From Amoebophrya sp. A120 (taxonomy: Eukaryota; Protista; Dinoflagellata), in NCBI GenBank assembly GCA_905178155.1, contig CAJINV010000002.1:10828634-10892633 (forward strand): DNA of 64,000 bases. The letters run 5' to 3'. The position numbers and the translations under genes were made by a program. Each line of letters starts with the position of its first letter. Within the stretch, counting starts at the first letter, position 1. The notes under the pieces are model-generated. The model was not told the DNA's origin and searched no databases. It was given only the letters and a program-made list of their open reading frames with translations. Below, one piece after another: positions 11,360 through 23,478 of the stretch.

Positions 11360-12506
11360 TCCTGATGATGTAGTGCCGATTGTACTGGAAGAACGACACA
11401 CAATATTGCACTTCTGACGACAAAGCGAAAGCAAAGCGACATTTTGTGTGTGTTACATTTTCTCGCAGACAGGACAAGACCGGACAAATAGCCGTCTTTA
11501 CATCGAGATGCCTCGCGAAGGTGCACTCTGATTGTTCCTTTAGTTTTTTTTTCCAGAAAAACCAATCGAGAACTGGTGACGAGATTGAGCGTCTTTGCGT
11601 TCTTGAAGTGCCCAAGTTTTTTCCGTAAGATGTTACCAGCAAAGCTGCATAAAAATTGGAGCAGCATTGAGCGAGCGTAGACAGCGAAGAGCTGGCGACT
11701 CCTTTGCCTTTTGTTGCCGTTTCCAAGTACTTTCGTTTCATGCTATCGGTGTTTTTTTCCTCATCTTCATTCCCTCTTCGTGTGCGGACGATCTGGCAAT
11801 GCCACCGAGATTCAGAGCGGGATTGTGATGTGATCCAGTGTGAAAAGAATTGCCGTGAGATTTGATTAATCAACACCGATCTCGCCAGGGTCATTCTATT
11901 GCAGACCAACCTGTACACTACACTGTGTGTCGTTCCCTGTTACATTTTCTGTCTTGCTCTTGCTCCGTGGGTGTAGTTACATCCCTTCGCTAGGGGCACG
12001 CTTTCGTGTCTCCGACGTAGCGCGGCGTAGTTACAGTGTAGTTTACCTTCACTTACAGACACGACAAAGACTTTTTCAGATTTACGAAGAAAAAAGCATT
12101 TATTTGTGATACTTTTACTTACTATTACCATCGATTTTCTGACTCGCACCAATAGGATCGAGGCGAACTCCTGGCTCCATTATGTACCACTAGTGGGACC
12201 GCGGCTGCAAAAAGGCATATCTTTTTGGTCCTCGCGGCGAGTGTGCTTTCGCGTTGTTGTCTTGTCAACGCCCAGATACGCATTACCCAAAACCGAAAAA
12301 AAACTTGACGGCTCAAAAAGATCAAGATGGCCCTTCCCCCGGAGGCTCTGTTTCCGGTTTTTGACGACCGCGCAGAGAGTGCCGAAGATCGATTTGTTAT
12401 GCTGCATTACCTGGTGGATTCCAGTGTACGCCTGCGCCGACCACCAGTGGATGAGAACGGCCGTCTTATGCACGTGACATGAAATTGGCCGGAGCCCGCA
12501 GAAAGA

Positions 12507-15500
12507 ATGATCTCTCAGTTCAGTTATGATAGCGTAGGCGAGGACGAAGACATCAGTAGTGGGTAGTCAGAAGCTTTGCCTCGTCTCCAAAAGGCAGCAA
12601 CTCTAATTTGTGCTGTGGCTGCGACGGTCAATCTCAATTTTCGTTCCATACGACTGGCGTACTACTGCTTTTCTTCCCATGGACTTAGTCCTCCCGAAAC
12701 GTCACACGCATTTGGCCTAATTGATTTTCGTAAATTGTTATACTTCTTCGTTCTTCGAAATGAAGACCGGTTTCTCTTGCTCTTCCACAGTTTCTCTTTC
12801 GGCAAAAATCAAAGGTACTGGGGCACCAGAAACCCGAATTGTGCGAGCGGTGTGTTTGCCCTGACCGACGAAGAGGTTGCGTTTCATCCGGCAAATTACA
12901 AAACCACGCTCGCTCCTTCCGCCAGCACTGCTGCTGGCAAGGCGAAGAAAAAAGGGAAGGCAGCAGCGAAGGAGGCATCAACTACCTGCGACCTGAAAAA
13001 GAGTCCCTACGCGACTTGCGAGGAAGATCTCAGGACCGAGGCGGCAAAGCGTAATTCTGATTCATGGGGTTGATCTTGAGACGTGTTTTGCTTTGCAAGA
13101 TATTACTTTTGTTGTGACGTCAGTTTGCAGCCTGTTTTCCTCGTAAGCCTTTCGATACAAAAATGAAAAATAATATCAGGTTACAGCTACCGCGACGAAT
13201 GGGATCTGCTGCAAGACAAGTACCGAAGCGAAAATAAAGCGAAACTCGAAAATGCCAGCAGTGACAAACCGCGACGAGAGAAGAAAGCACAGAAAAATCG
13301 TGCGGCAGAAGCGCAAAAAGCATCGGGATCAAAAGCTGGTGCTGGTGCCGCATCGATGAAGCAAGTCGAGGAAGATGCCACCACAGGACCTTCTGACACC
13401 AGCAACCAACACGACGAGGACCAAACAAGCGAAAAAGATGAGCTCGTGGAGAAAGAAAAAAAGACCTGTGACGACCACCAGCGAAAGAAAACGTCAACTT
13501 CCGGAAAACCGCAGACGTCGGGCAAGGAATGCAGGAAAGACGAAGCTGGTGCATCAACTCCAGAGTCCGAAAACCCGGTCGCGGAAAAGAACGCAAGCTC
13601 GTCCCCGAAAGCAGCGGAACAAGAAAAGAAGTTGTTTGGAACGGTCACGGTGCAGTACGCACCACCCTGGCAGCAGCAGGCCGGGGTCGTGAGTGCTAGT
13701 GCAAAAACTTTTGTTCCTGGGCTGGGTTCTTCTGTGGTGCAAAGCGTAGTTTCCGGCCCCAGTGCAGCAGTCCTCGGCAGCCAGTTGTCCGAAACAGATT
13801 GGCCTGGGGAGCAGCAACAAATGTCTGACCCGAGTGTCACGGGTCCGGTGGTGAGTCGGTTTTCTTCCTCCGCGGCCTGCTTCGTTCCGCAGCAGCAACA
13901 ACAGCAGCAGCAAGCGCTCGTTTTCAACAACATGCTCGCCTGCAATCCAGCGTTGCAGCAACAGTTGGTACTCCCATCGGCAAATCATACCACCGAGAGT
14001 GGTGCGGTTCTTGATCAAAGTGCGTCCTCTCACCTGTCAGCAGGGATGAGCAGTCCGCAGGAGGCGGTCGGAGAAGCAAATGTAGGGCAATCGGATGCGC
14101 AGCAACAGCTTATAGTTGGTGAGGCGCCACATAATTCGTGTGTGACAACTACAAGCATGAACGAAGCCGGCGGGTGCATGTCGACCAACCAAGTGCAGGA
14201 ACCGGAGCCGGACACTGGTGACATGACGCTTGTGCCTCTAGACGAGGAGGCCGTGCCGCTCTGCGACTTTTACGGTAAAGCCATCACATCGAGCGACCTC
14301 TACCAGCTGCCCAACCGGAAGATCGTGGCCCGCTGCGGGGCGGACGGCGTGTTTTACCACATAAACGAGGTTATCATGCATTCGAAGAAAGTGCAGGCCC
14401 AGCAGCAACAGCAGGCGGCGTTGGCGGGCGGGATCAAGAACGCCGCCGCGTCGACGGCGTCTAGTTCAAATGGACACAACCAACAAATGCAGCAGACACA
14501 GGGCAGTTCTCTCTGGGCGCCACCACCGGGCGCCGACAATGGGGCAAGTGGCAAGCAGGCGATCCGTGTGAAACGGTTCAACGCTCCGCAAGCGGATCAC
14601 CAAGACAGTGGCAATCATGGCGGCAGCTCAGCCTGGGCTGCTTCTTCGTCTTCTGCATACAAGGGCGCGAAGGGTAGTGGTAGTAGCAGAGCTAACAGCA
14701 GTGCTGCTGAAGACCACCAGTTCTACAGCAATAACGGATTATCGGCGAAGACTGCGAAAGGTTTCCAAAACGGCACTAATTCGAACAAGGAGGTGCGTCC
14801 CGCTGGCGAAGAAAGCGAGAACAGCAGCAATTCCTCCGGAAATGCAGTGCACGGTGACAAAAATGCGAACTCTTCAAACGCCGCGATCAAGGGGGCAGGC
14901 ATCAAAGGCTCGTCGTCGTACGCCGGGTCTTACAACCATTATCCCGGTGTCAAAGGCATGCAGAACTTCGGCACTGTCGGCGGATTCTACAAAGGCGGGC
15001 CGAAAGGAGGCAAGGGAAAGGGGAAAGGAAAAGGAAAATACGGCGGTTACTATTCCTATAACCAGTACAGTTACGGACTTTATCATCCGAGCGCTTCTGC
15101 GACGTCGGGCAATTGGCGAGACGGTTTTCATCGCCTCAGGAGCGATTCCAAGGAGAGGGAGCAAGCAGCCGCTGCTGAAGGCGAGGAGCTACGATCAGAA
15201 AAACTCCCAGCAGAACTGTCAAAAGAGGACGAAAATAAAGAAAACGACGGGGACAGTGCGGCGGTCGCAACGTCGAATGTTGTCAACAGAGAAAGCAAGG
15301 GCAACAGTGCAAGCAAAGGCGGTACCGTCCATTCGCGAGTTTCGACCGCGGGAGCAAAGCCGGCCAAAACTTCGAGAGGAAAAGAAGACACTGTTAAAGA
15401 AGAAGCAGCTAGTACGCGGGAGCGCGCCACCAGCGCTGCTGGTCGAACTTCGTCGACCAACGAGGACTGCGATGTATCGCCCGTTGAGGCAAAAACAGCG

Positions 15501-17714
15501 GCTGCCGAGCAGGGAGATGGAAAAACAGGAACCAAGCCGACATTAGCTTTGAAGACTGCCGGCGAGCAGCCGGGGAGTAGCGGTGGTAAGGAAGCATGTG
15601 GAGAGGCGAAAGGCACAAGTGCAACAGTTGCATCCGCTGGTCCCCAGTATGGTTACAGGTCGCACCCCAAGGGAAGTGGCAAGGGAAGCCGGTTTTTCGT
15701 GCCTGTTTCGGGAAGTCACAACCCGAACCGTGCGGAGGAATCTGACAATTGGCGGTCGCGAAGGGAGTCTGAAGATGGTACGAATTTTTTTTGATAGTAT
15801 GTTTGTCAGCGATGCGCAAAGAGGTAGAGGACCTAGTCCAACAATCTGTGTCTATATCCGCAACTAATATTCATCAGTACAACATTCGTGAAGTAGTCTC
15901 TTCTACCTTCAGGTCAAGACCTCCCCTGGGCCGCTCCCGAGTGGACTAGCAAGAAGCGGGCATATTCGAAGGGCGAGGAAACCATCACTGCACGGCCTGA
16001 CCGCGCTCGCGCTGAGACGTGGCACCACACGTTTCAGCAAAGTGGTCCAGCGACGTCTTACAGTGGCACTACCCCAACGAGCTGTCCCTACGGCAGTACA
16101 AACTATGGCCGCCACCCAGTGCAATTCCACTCCGCACCTTCACATGCAGCGTCAGCGTACTCGTGGCAATTCAACATAGGCGCTGAGGCGGTGCCGTCCA
16201 CGCTATACATTAACGGTTTGGACGCGGAACTCACTAGAGACGGCTTCGCCAAAAAGCTGACCGACCTGGGCTATGGGGACATGTACGACTTCCTGTTCCT
16301 GACGAGGAATATGGTATAGCGAGTGTTTATTTTCAGCAAGTGCACACTGTGGCTGTTGCATTAGCATTTCGCCATGAAAAGGAACAAAATGCAAACTTTC
16401 TTTCGTAGACGCGTGTGGACACTGTATTTCGTGCGGGTATTTTTTCTTCCGGACAATCAATATATGCGAAAAGCGAAACCAAAAAGCAAACTTAGAAGAC
16501 TAAAAAAAATTACATCTACTTACCAATCGATCGCTTTACAACAGTTGACGGGCAACATGACTGCTTTTGTGAACTTTCTGACTCCAGCGGCGGCGGACAG
16601 TTTCTGGCACCGTATTGGCGCGGAAAGTAGCGAACCACCCTACGTGACGTACGCCAAAAGACAGGGCCTCTGGACAAATCTGGAGTCTTTCCTTTCGTAC
16701 CGCGAGCATCACGCGCTCCGATCGAGGGAGACGAAAGAAGAGCCCCCCGTCTGGGTATTTTGCGACCTGAATGCGCAACTCGTGAGGCAGATCGAGGTCG
16801 CTTGCGGGGAAAAGTGGGGACAGAAGTGGAAGGACGACCTGCTGATTCGCGACCTGCGGGGGAAAAAAGGTAATTTGGCCTCGAATAAGAGCAGTACAAC
16901 GACAGGGACGGTTGGCACTAGTAGTAGCTGTGTTAAAAATACCACGTCAGCATCATCTAGTAAGCCCAATGTGGTGCCGGCTCCCACGGCTGCTGGAGCA
17001 GGAGCGGCGACATCCTGTTCTACTGTTGCTTCAGCGAAGACAGAGTCGTCCGTCCCGACCCCGCCGCCACCACCTCCTCGGCCCGTTCTGCTGCAGCAAG
17101 AGCGGCAAGAGCCGAAACTAAGAGGAAGGAACGGCAAAACTGGGAAGGAATTATTAAGCAGTAAAGGCGCAACGCCAAAGAGCAATGGGGCTGCGTCGCA
17201 GGACCAGGGGGGAAGTGTAGTGCAATCGAAAATCAATTCGAGCAGTGGTGTTGCTGCTGGCCCTGGCGCGACGGGGACATCACGGAAAAGAGACAACGCG
17301 GCTGTAGCAACCGACGACGCGACGGAGGATCGTGCAAAGAACTCACCATCTTCGTCAGTACCGGCAGCTGGCACAAGTTCAAAGCCGGGTGCGCTGCATG
17401 TTCCGTTCCCTTCGAAGGCGGCTACCTCCTCCGCAGCGACCTGTTGCCCAACAGCGGGAGGCGACGCGGGCTCCCCTGCGGGATCGCCGGCAGAAGAAGC
17501 GTCGGATCACGACACCTGCTCGAGAAAATCGGAAGCAGACGTAGACAACAACGGCACCAGCGTGGTACGCGACAGCTTCCTCCAGATCACACCCCCGGGC
17601 TCTGCAGCTCTGGAAGCGTCCCCGAAAACAAATTCGCCCACCGCGAATAAGGGAAAGAAGAAACCCTCCTGGTACGAACTAACCGAGGGCGACGCCGCGA
17701 CCGCAACCGACTGA
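12507..17714 (+). CDS. Mei2-like RNA-binding protein (C-terminal RRM_2/Mei2-type RRM, PAM2-like motif, long low-complexity regions)
   Basis: Exons 12507(or 12327)-12562, 12815-13050, 13180-15777, 15913-16313 and 16545-17714 are joined by phase-compatible GT-AG introns. The spliced RRM STLYINGL...YGDMYDFLFL...AFVNFLTPAAADSF...VTYAKRQG matches the Mei2 RRM3 pattern (YDFxYL, AFINF, YARIQG). SASAKTFVP is PAM2-like. Confidence 0.75.
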
Positions 17715-19702
17715 CGAGTTCTGACAAATTATGTATGTCTAAAACGATCAAGTTTCGTTGGGAGTACCAAAAATACATTGAGGATCTCAGGTGGTAACAA
17801 ACCATGAGCATGAAAATCCTTTTTAATCGATTGATTCAAATAACGCAGCACGCGAACCCTCTGGATAACGCGTCTAAATTTATTCCATCAAACTACTAAC
17901 TCGCTCTAACTCTCCCGAAATTCTTCTTTACCGATTTACTAAGTAAGGTTGTGACCTTTTATTTGTAGCAATTGTCGAGAATAAATGCCGAAAAATACCT
18001 ATTGTCCACTTGGTTGGCAATTCTGAAGAGCTGGTATTTTTCTAGAATCCTTTGTGGAGTGGTTGTGTCATGTGTGTCAAAAATTTTACGTTCTGACTGT
18101 TTGTAGATCGCAAATGCGACAAGCGTCGTGCTCGTCACTTCAATTTGATTTGTTTTGTCGAAACGTAAACACTTTAATTTTTTTTTTTGCTAAGTTGCTT
18201 TGATATTTATTGATTCCCAACCCAACTCATTTGTAGGCGAAAAAGACAGCTCCTGTGATGCGCGCCTGCGAAAATGAGCTTGTTGAACTTGCTTGAGTTG
18301 TTGATTTAGTTTAGTTGGTTGACAATACAGATTCACTTTGTTTGCACGTTCAGTTTCTCCTATTGTTTCCGTCAGTTTCCATGGGGGTACTCTGAGATGA
18401 TGTAACGACATTGCTATGGCTTCTGCGAGTTTCTTTTACGTACCTGTGTCCTTTCGCAGTAGCATTCGGGAGCTGAAATTCTTTTTGAATGGCTCCGCAC
18501 TCGAGAATCGCATACACGTACACCTCCGGTGCTCCGATACTACGGCGACCCCACGTAGAGCTGTCGTCGTTACTTGTGTCCGTATAGAAAATGGTGTCGT
18601 TCATAGGGACCTAAGTATTTTGCATGATGATAGATTCACACGACTGGGATTGATGTAAAAGAAAGAGTCAAAATGCCCAAAGTTTAAGCTTAGAGAAACG
18701 TAAAGTAAGTACCGCTTATTTTCGACATCTATACTGTTTGCCCCCAACAGTCCTTACGACTGCGGTCCGACCATTTTCTTCAATTGGAGCGATTTCTTGA
18801 ATATCGCTCGGCGCAGTACAACTGAATCCTTACCTTGAAAAAAGTTTCGGAAGGTTCTAAGGGAATATTTCTTCACTCGCGGGGAGGTCTGATTGCGAAA
18901 GTATAAGGGCAGGCGACCACCAGCAACACCACGAGTTTTCATTATCCTTATTCTCCTCTACTCGTTGCGCTCGCGTACGCGTATCAACTAAATTTACCTC
19001 AGTGCCACACACGACTATCTGTAAGTACAAAAGTATCTGCGAAGGAAGTGCAGACCACGGTTTTGATTCTCTGTGTAGAAGAAATAAACGAGCAGCGGCA
19101 GCTCTTTTGCAGCAGCTGCTGCGGTGTATTGATAGTCTTATGTCAATGTGCCGAAGGAGGACGGTAGGCAGGGTACAACTAGACTCTAATCGCGATGTTT
19201 CCGCAAGAAAAGGAAAAGTCTGGGGGATTCTCATGAATTTATCTTCATAAGACAGAATGAATATTTTTACGATGAGAGAAGAGCATACCGGCTATAGTAG
19301 AGGCGGGCTGGAAGGTTCTTGCGTCAAGTGAATCGAATGAATCGAAGACTTTCATGGGTATAAAAGCCAACACCAGGAGAGGCATTGCCATGTCTCTGCC
19401 ATAGGGTGCATCTGAAGCTTCGCGCTCGGAGCTTCGTCTGTTCCGCTTCCTTTTCGTTTTCTTGTCATAACTAGATTTCTGGTCATCTTCCCTGTATTCG
19501 CCCCTTCCTGCAATAGCATGGGTTTCACAAGTAGAAGTACCATCGGAACTGACGTCAAGGATTATATCGCAACACCGGAAAAAAAGATACATAAAGTATC
19601 GCTATTCAAAACTCAGCAGGACTGCTTCTGAGTGTCACTATGAGTACTACTAAAACCAGATACTGAAAATTTTAGTCAATTGCATGGACAAAACACGACA
19701 GC

Positions 19703-20206
19703 ATGGCAGTGCTCGCGGATGGTCCAGTTTCAACATCACTGCTACCCCGCTCACCTGCAACGGATCCGGTTGATCTTGGCTCGGAGTTGCGCCACTTAGA
19801 GATGTCACACCTCGCGTCTAGGCGAATGACAGGAAGTGCTGTCGACAGTGGACGTTTTTCCTCGCTGGATTCGAGGCCTGCCGATCCGCGGCGAGATACA
19901 CGCATCGTGCGGATCAGAGCAGGAGCAGAACCATCGGCAACTGCATCGGCATCGCTCACCGGCGGTCGTGGCAACGCGGTGCTGATGCAGCGCGTTGCGC
20001 AAGAGGAGCGGGAATGGAGTTTCCGCCTCGGGGCGTCCTGTGTGGACGACTTCGCCAGCTATGCCTTTCGAAAAGTGTTTGCATTTTGGAACCGTTTGTC
20101 TCAAAAAGTGTTTACGCATAGATCATTCTCCTGGCCGCGAAGAAGTGCTGGGGAGGGCGGGGATGGCGGAACCAATAAGTATCGCCCTTCCAACATCAAA
20201 AGATAG
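19703..20206 (+). CDS. Hypothetical protein (167 aa)
   Basis: ATG-initiated ORF, more GC-rich than its flanks and co-oriented with neighbours; no recognisable motif. Confidence 0.3.
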   Translation: MAVLADGPVSTSLLPRSPATDPVDLGSELRHLEMSHLASRRMTGSAVDSGRFSSLDSRPADPRRDTRIVRIRAGAEPSATASASLTGGRGNAVLMQRVAQEEREWSFRLGASCVDDFASYAFRKVFAFWNRLSQKVFTHRSFSWPRRSAGEGGDGGTNKYRPSNIKR

Positions 20207-20684
20207 AAAGAACTTCATCTAGCTGCACCCAGACCAAAGCTTTGAGGATCTTCTCAGAAATGTTGATTCAGGACTTTGATTGACAGCTCAGTCACTAAAG
20301 GCCACGTGATCTTGTCAGAGTATGTTCCCGATATAGTAGCAATAGGACCTAGTCAGAGGACACCTAGCTCCACAAGAAACACGCACCTGGGTGGATCGCC
20401 ATTAATTATTGTGCAGGTCGACAACGTTCCTCTACGCCGCTTAGCGTACTATTGCCGCTTTCACTATGTCACTCTTGCAGTACTACTTAGTACTCGTTTC
20501 TGATTTTGTTCTGAAACTAACTAACTTTCCTTTCTCACCACCTGCTCCTGCGCTTGGTCATACCTGCAGCTGTCTTTTCCACCGAGAGGAATAAGCCGAA
20601 GTACAGCCTCAGGGAGGAATAGCAATACTGATTTAGTGAAAAGATAGATACTTCTGCACACTAGAGACGCAAAATAAAGCCAAC

Positions 20685-22625
20685 ATGGGCGTTCCAGGGC
20701 TGTTGCAGTTCCTGCGGGAGAACATAAATTTCAAGTACGCTTTTTCAGAGGGCAAGAAGCCAAAGGAAGTCGGTACGGACTGGGATGCGATCTATGTTGA
20801 TTTCAACGCGTATGCTCATGTGGTGCTGGACAAGACTACGAATCCCACGTGCGAAAAACTGTGCGCAGAAATCGGCGCGTATTTGGAGAAATTGCTACAA
20901 AACTGCATTGGTGCACCAGCTTCGGATGATCCAGCCGCATTGCCGGCAACAAGGAAATGTCTTGTCTACCTGGCCTTTGATGGGGTCCCGTGTAAAGCCA
21001 AGATGCTTGCCCAGCGAAGCCGTTCCCGAAAGGAGGAGGACAAGTGGAAAAACGCGATCAAGCCCGGTACTGAGCTGATGCAGAAACTGGCAGAGTATCT
21101 GAAAAGTGATTGGCGACCGAAGCTCGGTAAGCAGGTGGAGATCCAGGTAAGTGGAACGGATGAGGCCGGCGAGGGAGAGGACAAAATTTTTCAAGATTTG
21201 CGCCGCCGCAGAGTTCAGCGCGCAAAGCTACAGCTTCGTCAGGGAGCAGAAAGCACTGCGGTCGTGGAGCGCTTTCGTGCGTGCGTGATTGGATACGACT
21301 CTGACTTGGTTTTATTGACCATCGGCGCTTGCATCGGAGATATCATTCCCAGTGACCACCTGGCAGAAGTACCAGACTCTGCATCACGGTTGCCAGAGGA
21401 CGATTTGTGGATGTGGTATTCAGCATCCGGTTCCGGAACCGGTGCCGGGCCGTGCCTGTTTAGCCAATCTAATTTTTTCGAACGCTTGCGAAAAATCCTC
21501 GGCTACGATGGAGCACACTATTCGCCACACCTCCAGAGGGAGCTTGACGCTTTTATTGCCACGGACCTGTTGGCGTTGTCGCTGTTGTGCGGAAACGATG
21601 TGCTGCCCGGATTTCCAGTGGACATCGCGAAGCTCTTCGAGCATTATTTGGAGCGCACGCGCAGAATCCTGCGCAGTGCGCAACAAAGCGGAAGTGGTGA
21701 GAAAGACATTCTGGTTGAGTTCGAGAGCGAAGGACGCGTTGTGACGGACCGACCGAGGCCAGATTCCGAGACTGATCAGGTCTTCCGCCTCGTTGCGATT
21801 CCTTCCAACGGTGTGCTGCTCGAGTTGCTCGAGGGGGCGATCTCTTGGAACCTCTGCGACTGGCTCCAGGCGACAAGCGTTTCGGACCTTCTGACGTCGC
21901 TCGCACGTGGTGGCGAAGAAGAAGAACAGGATGAAGATGAGGCGATTCACCGAAAAACTGATTTGGTTGACCGGCTCAAACGCACCCAGGGCGAAATTTG
22001 TTGCGCCGTACCTGCTGCGGATATTGAAGTATTTGGCGTCCACTACCTGCGCGCATATCTCTGGCAGGTCGAGGTCTTGATTAACTCGGGAAGACCGGAG
22101 ATAGCTGACGTAAATGATGTTGGATTCGCCAAGACCGAAAGTTTGATCGATGCAGAGAGCTTCATTGACTTTCTCGGCTTTTTCCTCCAGCAAGCGCAGG
22201 ACAGGGTTCTCCCATTCAAGGGGCCAGAATACTCGAAGGCGAATGCCATTCACGACCTGCATCCGCTCACGTGCTGCGTAATGGCTTTGCCGTATGAAAA
22301 AGTGAGTCAAGTAGTTTCCCCTCGAACCTGGGATCGCATCGCGAAGATCATTCCGCATGTCGGCTCGGTGAAACGCACAGAGGACCAAAATTTCACGGAG
22401 GCCGGGTTGCAGGCCGCGCTCAAACGGTTCAACTTTCTCCGGTACGGCAGCGGCTTGAGCGCCACAAACTTTGACTCCCGGATTGGAGAGCTGTTGACAG
22501 CGCGGGATGAGTATCGCCGGCTGCGCAGTGACTACTCCAAGAACGTTGGAGAAGCAGAGCGACGCAAGCTGATGGCCATCGACCTGAACGGTCTGAATAA
22601 CGACATCGTGGCGGCTTTGAAGTAG
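20685..22625 (+). CDS. XRN-family 5'-3' exoribonuclease (catalytic core only), intronless
   Basis: XRN_N motifs in order: MGVPG, IYVDFNAYAH, YLAFDGVPCKAKMLAQRSR, NAIKPGTELM, SGTDEAGEGEDKI, IGYDSDLVLL, LCGNDVLP. Confidence 0.9.
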   Translation: MGVPGLLQFLRENINFKYAFSEGKKPKEVGTDWDAIYVDFNAYAHVVLDKTTNPTCEKLCAEIGAYLEKLLQNCIGAPASDDPAALPATRKCLVYLAFDGVPCKAKMLAQRSRSRKEEDKWKNAIKPGTELMQKLAEYLKSDWRPKLGKQVEIQVSGTDEAGEGEDKIFQDLRRRRVQRAKLQLRQGAESTAVVERFRACVIGYDSDLVLLTIGACIGDIIPSDHLAEVPDSASRLPEDDLWMWYSASGSGTGAGPCLFSQSNFFERLRKILGYDGAHYSPHLQRELDAFIATDLLALSLLCGNDVLPGFPVDIAKLFEHYLERTRRILRSAQQSGSGEKDILVEFESEGRVVTDRPRPDSETDQVFRLVAIPSNGVLLELLEGAISWNLCDWLQATSVSDLLTSLARGGEEEEQDEDEAIHRKTDLVDRLKRTQGEICCAVPAADIEVFGVHYLRAYLWQVEVLINSGRPEIADVNDVGFAKTESLIDAESFIDFLGFFLQQAQDRVLPFKGPEYSKANAIHDLHPLTCCVMALPYEKVSQVVSPRTWDRIAKIIPHVGSVKRTEDQNFTEAGLQAALKRFNFLRYGSGLSATNFDSRIGELLTARDEYRRLRSDYSKNVGEAERRKLMAIDLNGLNNDIVAALK

Positions 22626-23478
22626 CACGTTCATATTGTAAGGTTGTCTCAACAACTACAACGCAGATGATCCGAAGATATACTTCGCAATGTCCGTTTT
22701 GTGGAAGACTTCGAGCGGGCTCATCCTCATACATTACACATTCCAATGGTATTTCGCAATCCCTCATTCCCAAGTATATCGATGTATGATTTCAGGATTG
22801 ATGTTGACCTACTATCCCCGGCTCGTCGTCTTCGCCATCGATCCCAATTTCTAAAGTTCCACTGTGATAAGAACCTCCAGATAAAAACAGAAAGCCTCAT
22901 GGTGCACTGAGCAACCGGCTCTGCATGAAAATCGAACCTTTTTCACTGGGCTGGCTTAAGTGACGCAAAAAAAGTATTAATTTCTTTGTTCCCGCTTACG
23001 TTCAAATTCCAAAAAAAAGGTTGTCAGCTGAATTCAGAGGAAAATGATCCATAAGAGATCATCGCCAAGACCTAGTTGTCCAAGCGGAAAGAGAATAAAA
23101 GAGGAAATGGAAATGCAGTCGTTTTTTTCAGGTTCACTGAACCAGTTCTCGTTTTTCCATAACGAAGGTTGGTACCAAAATCAATCTACATCACAAACCA
23201 TATCCATTGAACCCACTTGCTTCAGGAACATACACATGTGACTTTTTCTTGACCATGCCTAATTTTGTCACTGCTCCGGTGATGTGCCGTGTTGACGACA
23301 TTTTTCAAGCATCATATTCATTAGCCCCATGCCCATCCATTTTCATTAACTCCATCCAATTTGTCTACGCTGCGGAGCTGTGCCACGCATGCAAGAGCAG
23401 TGCTTTGATACTCAAATAGACAAACCCCCTTTATTCCTTCTTCTACCTGTTGTAGCGAGGTAATTACAACGTCACGCC

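Noticed and set aside
12310-12326. Spliced-leader relic upstream of ATG (ggctcaaaaagatcaag)
   Set aside because: Only a few bases resemble the dinoflagellate SL 3' end (TTTTGGCTCAAG); not distinguishable from chance.
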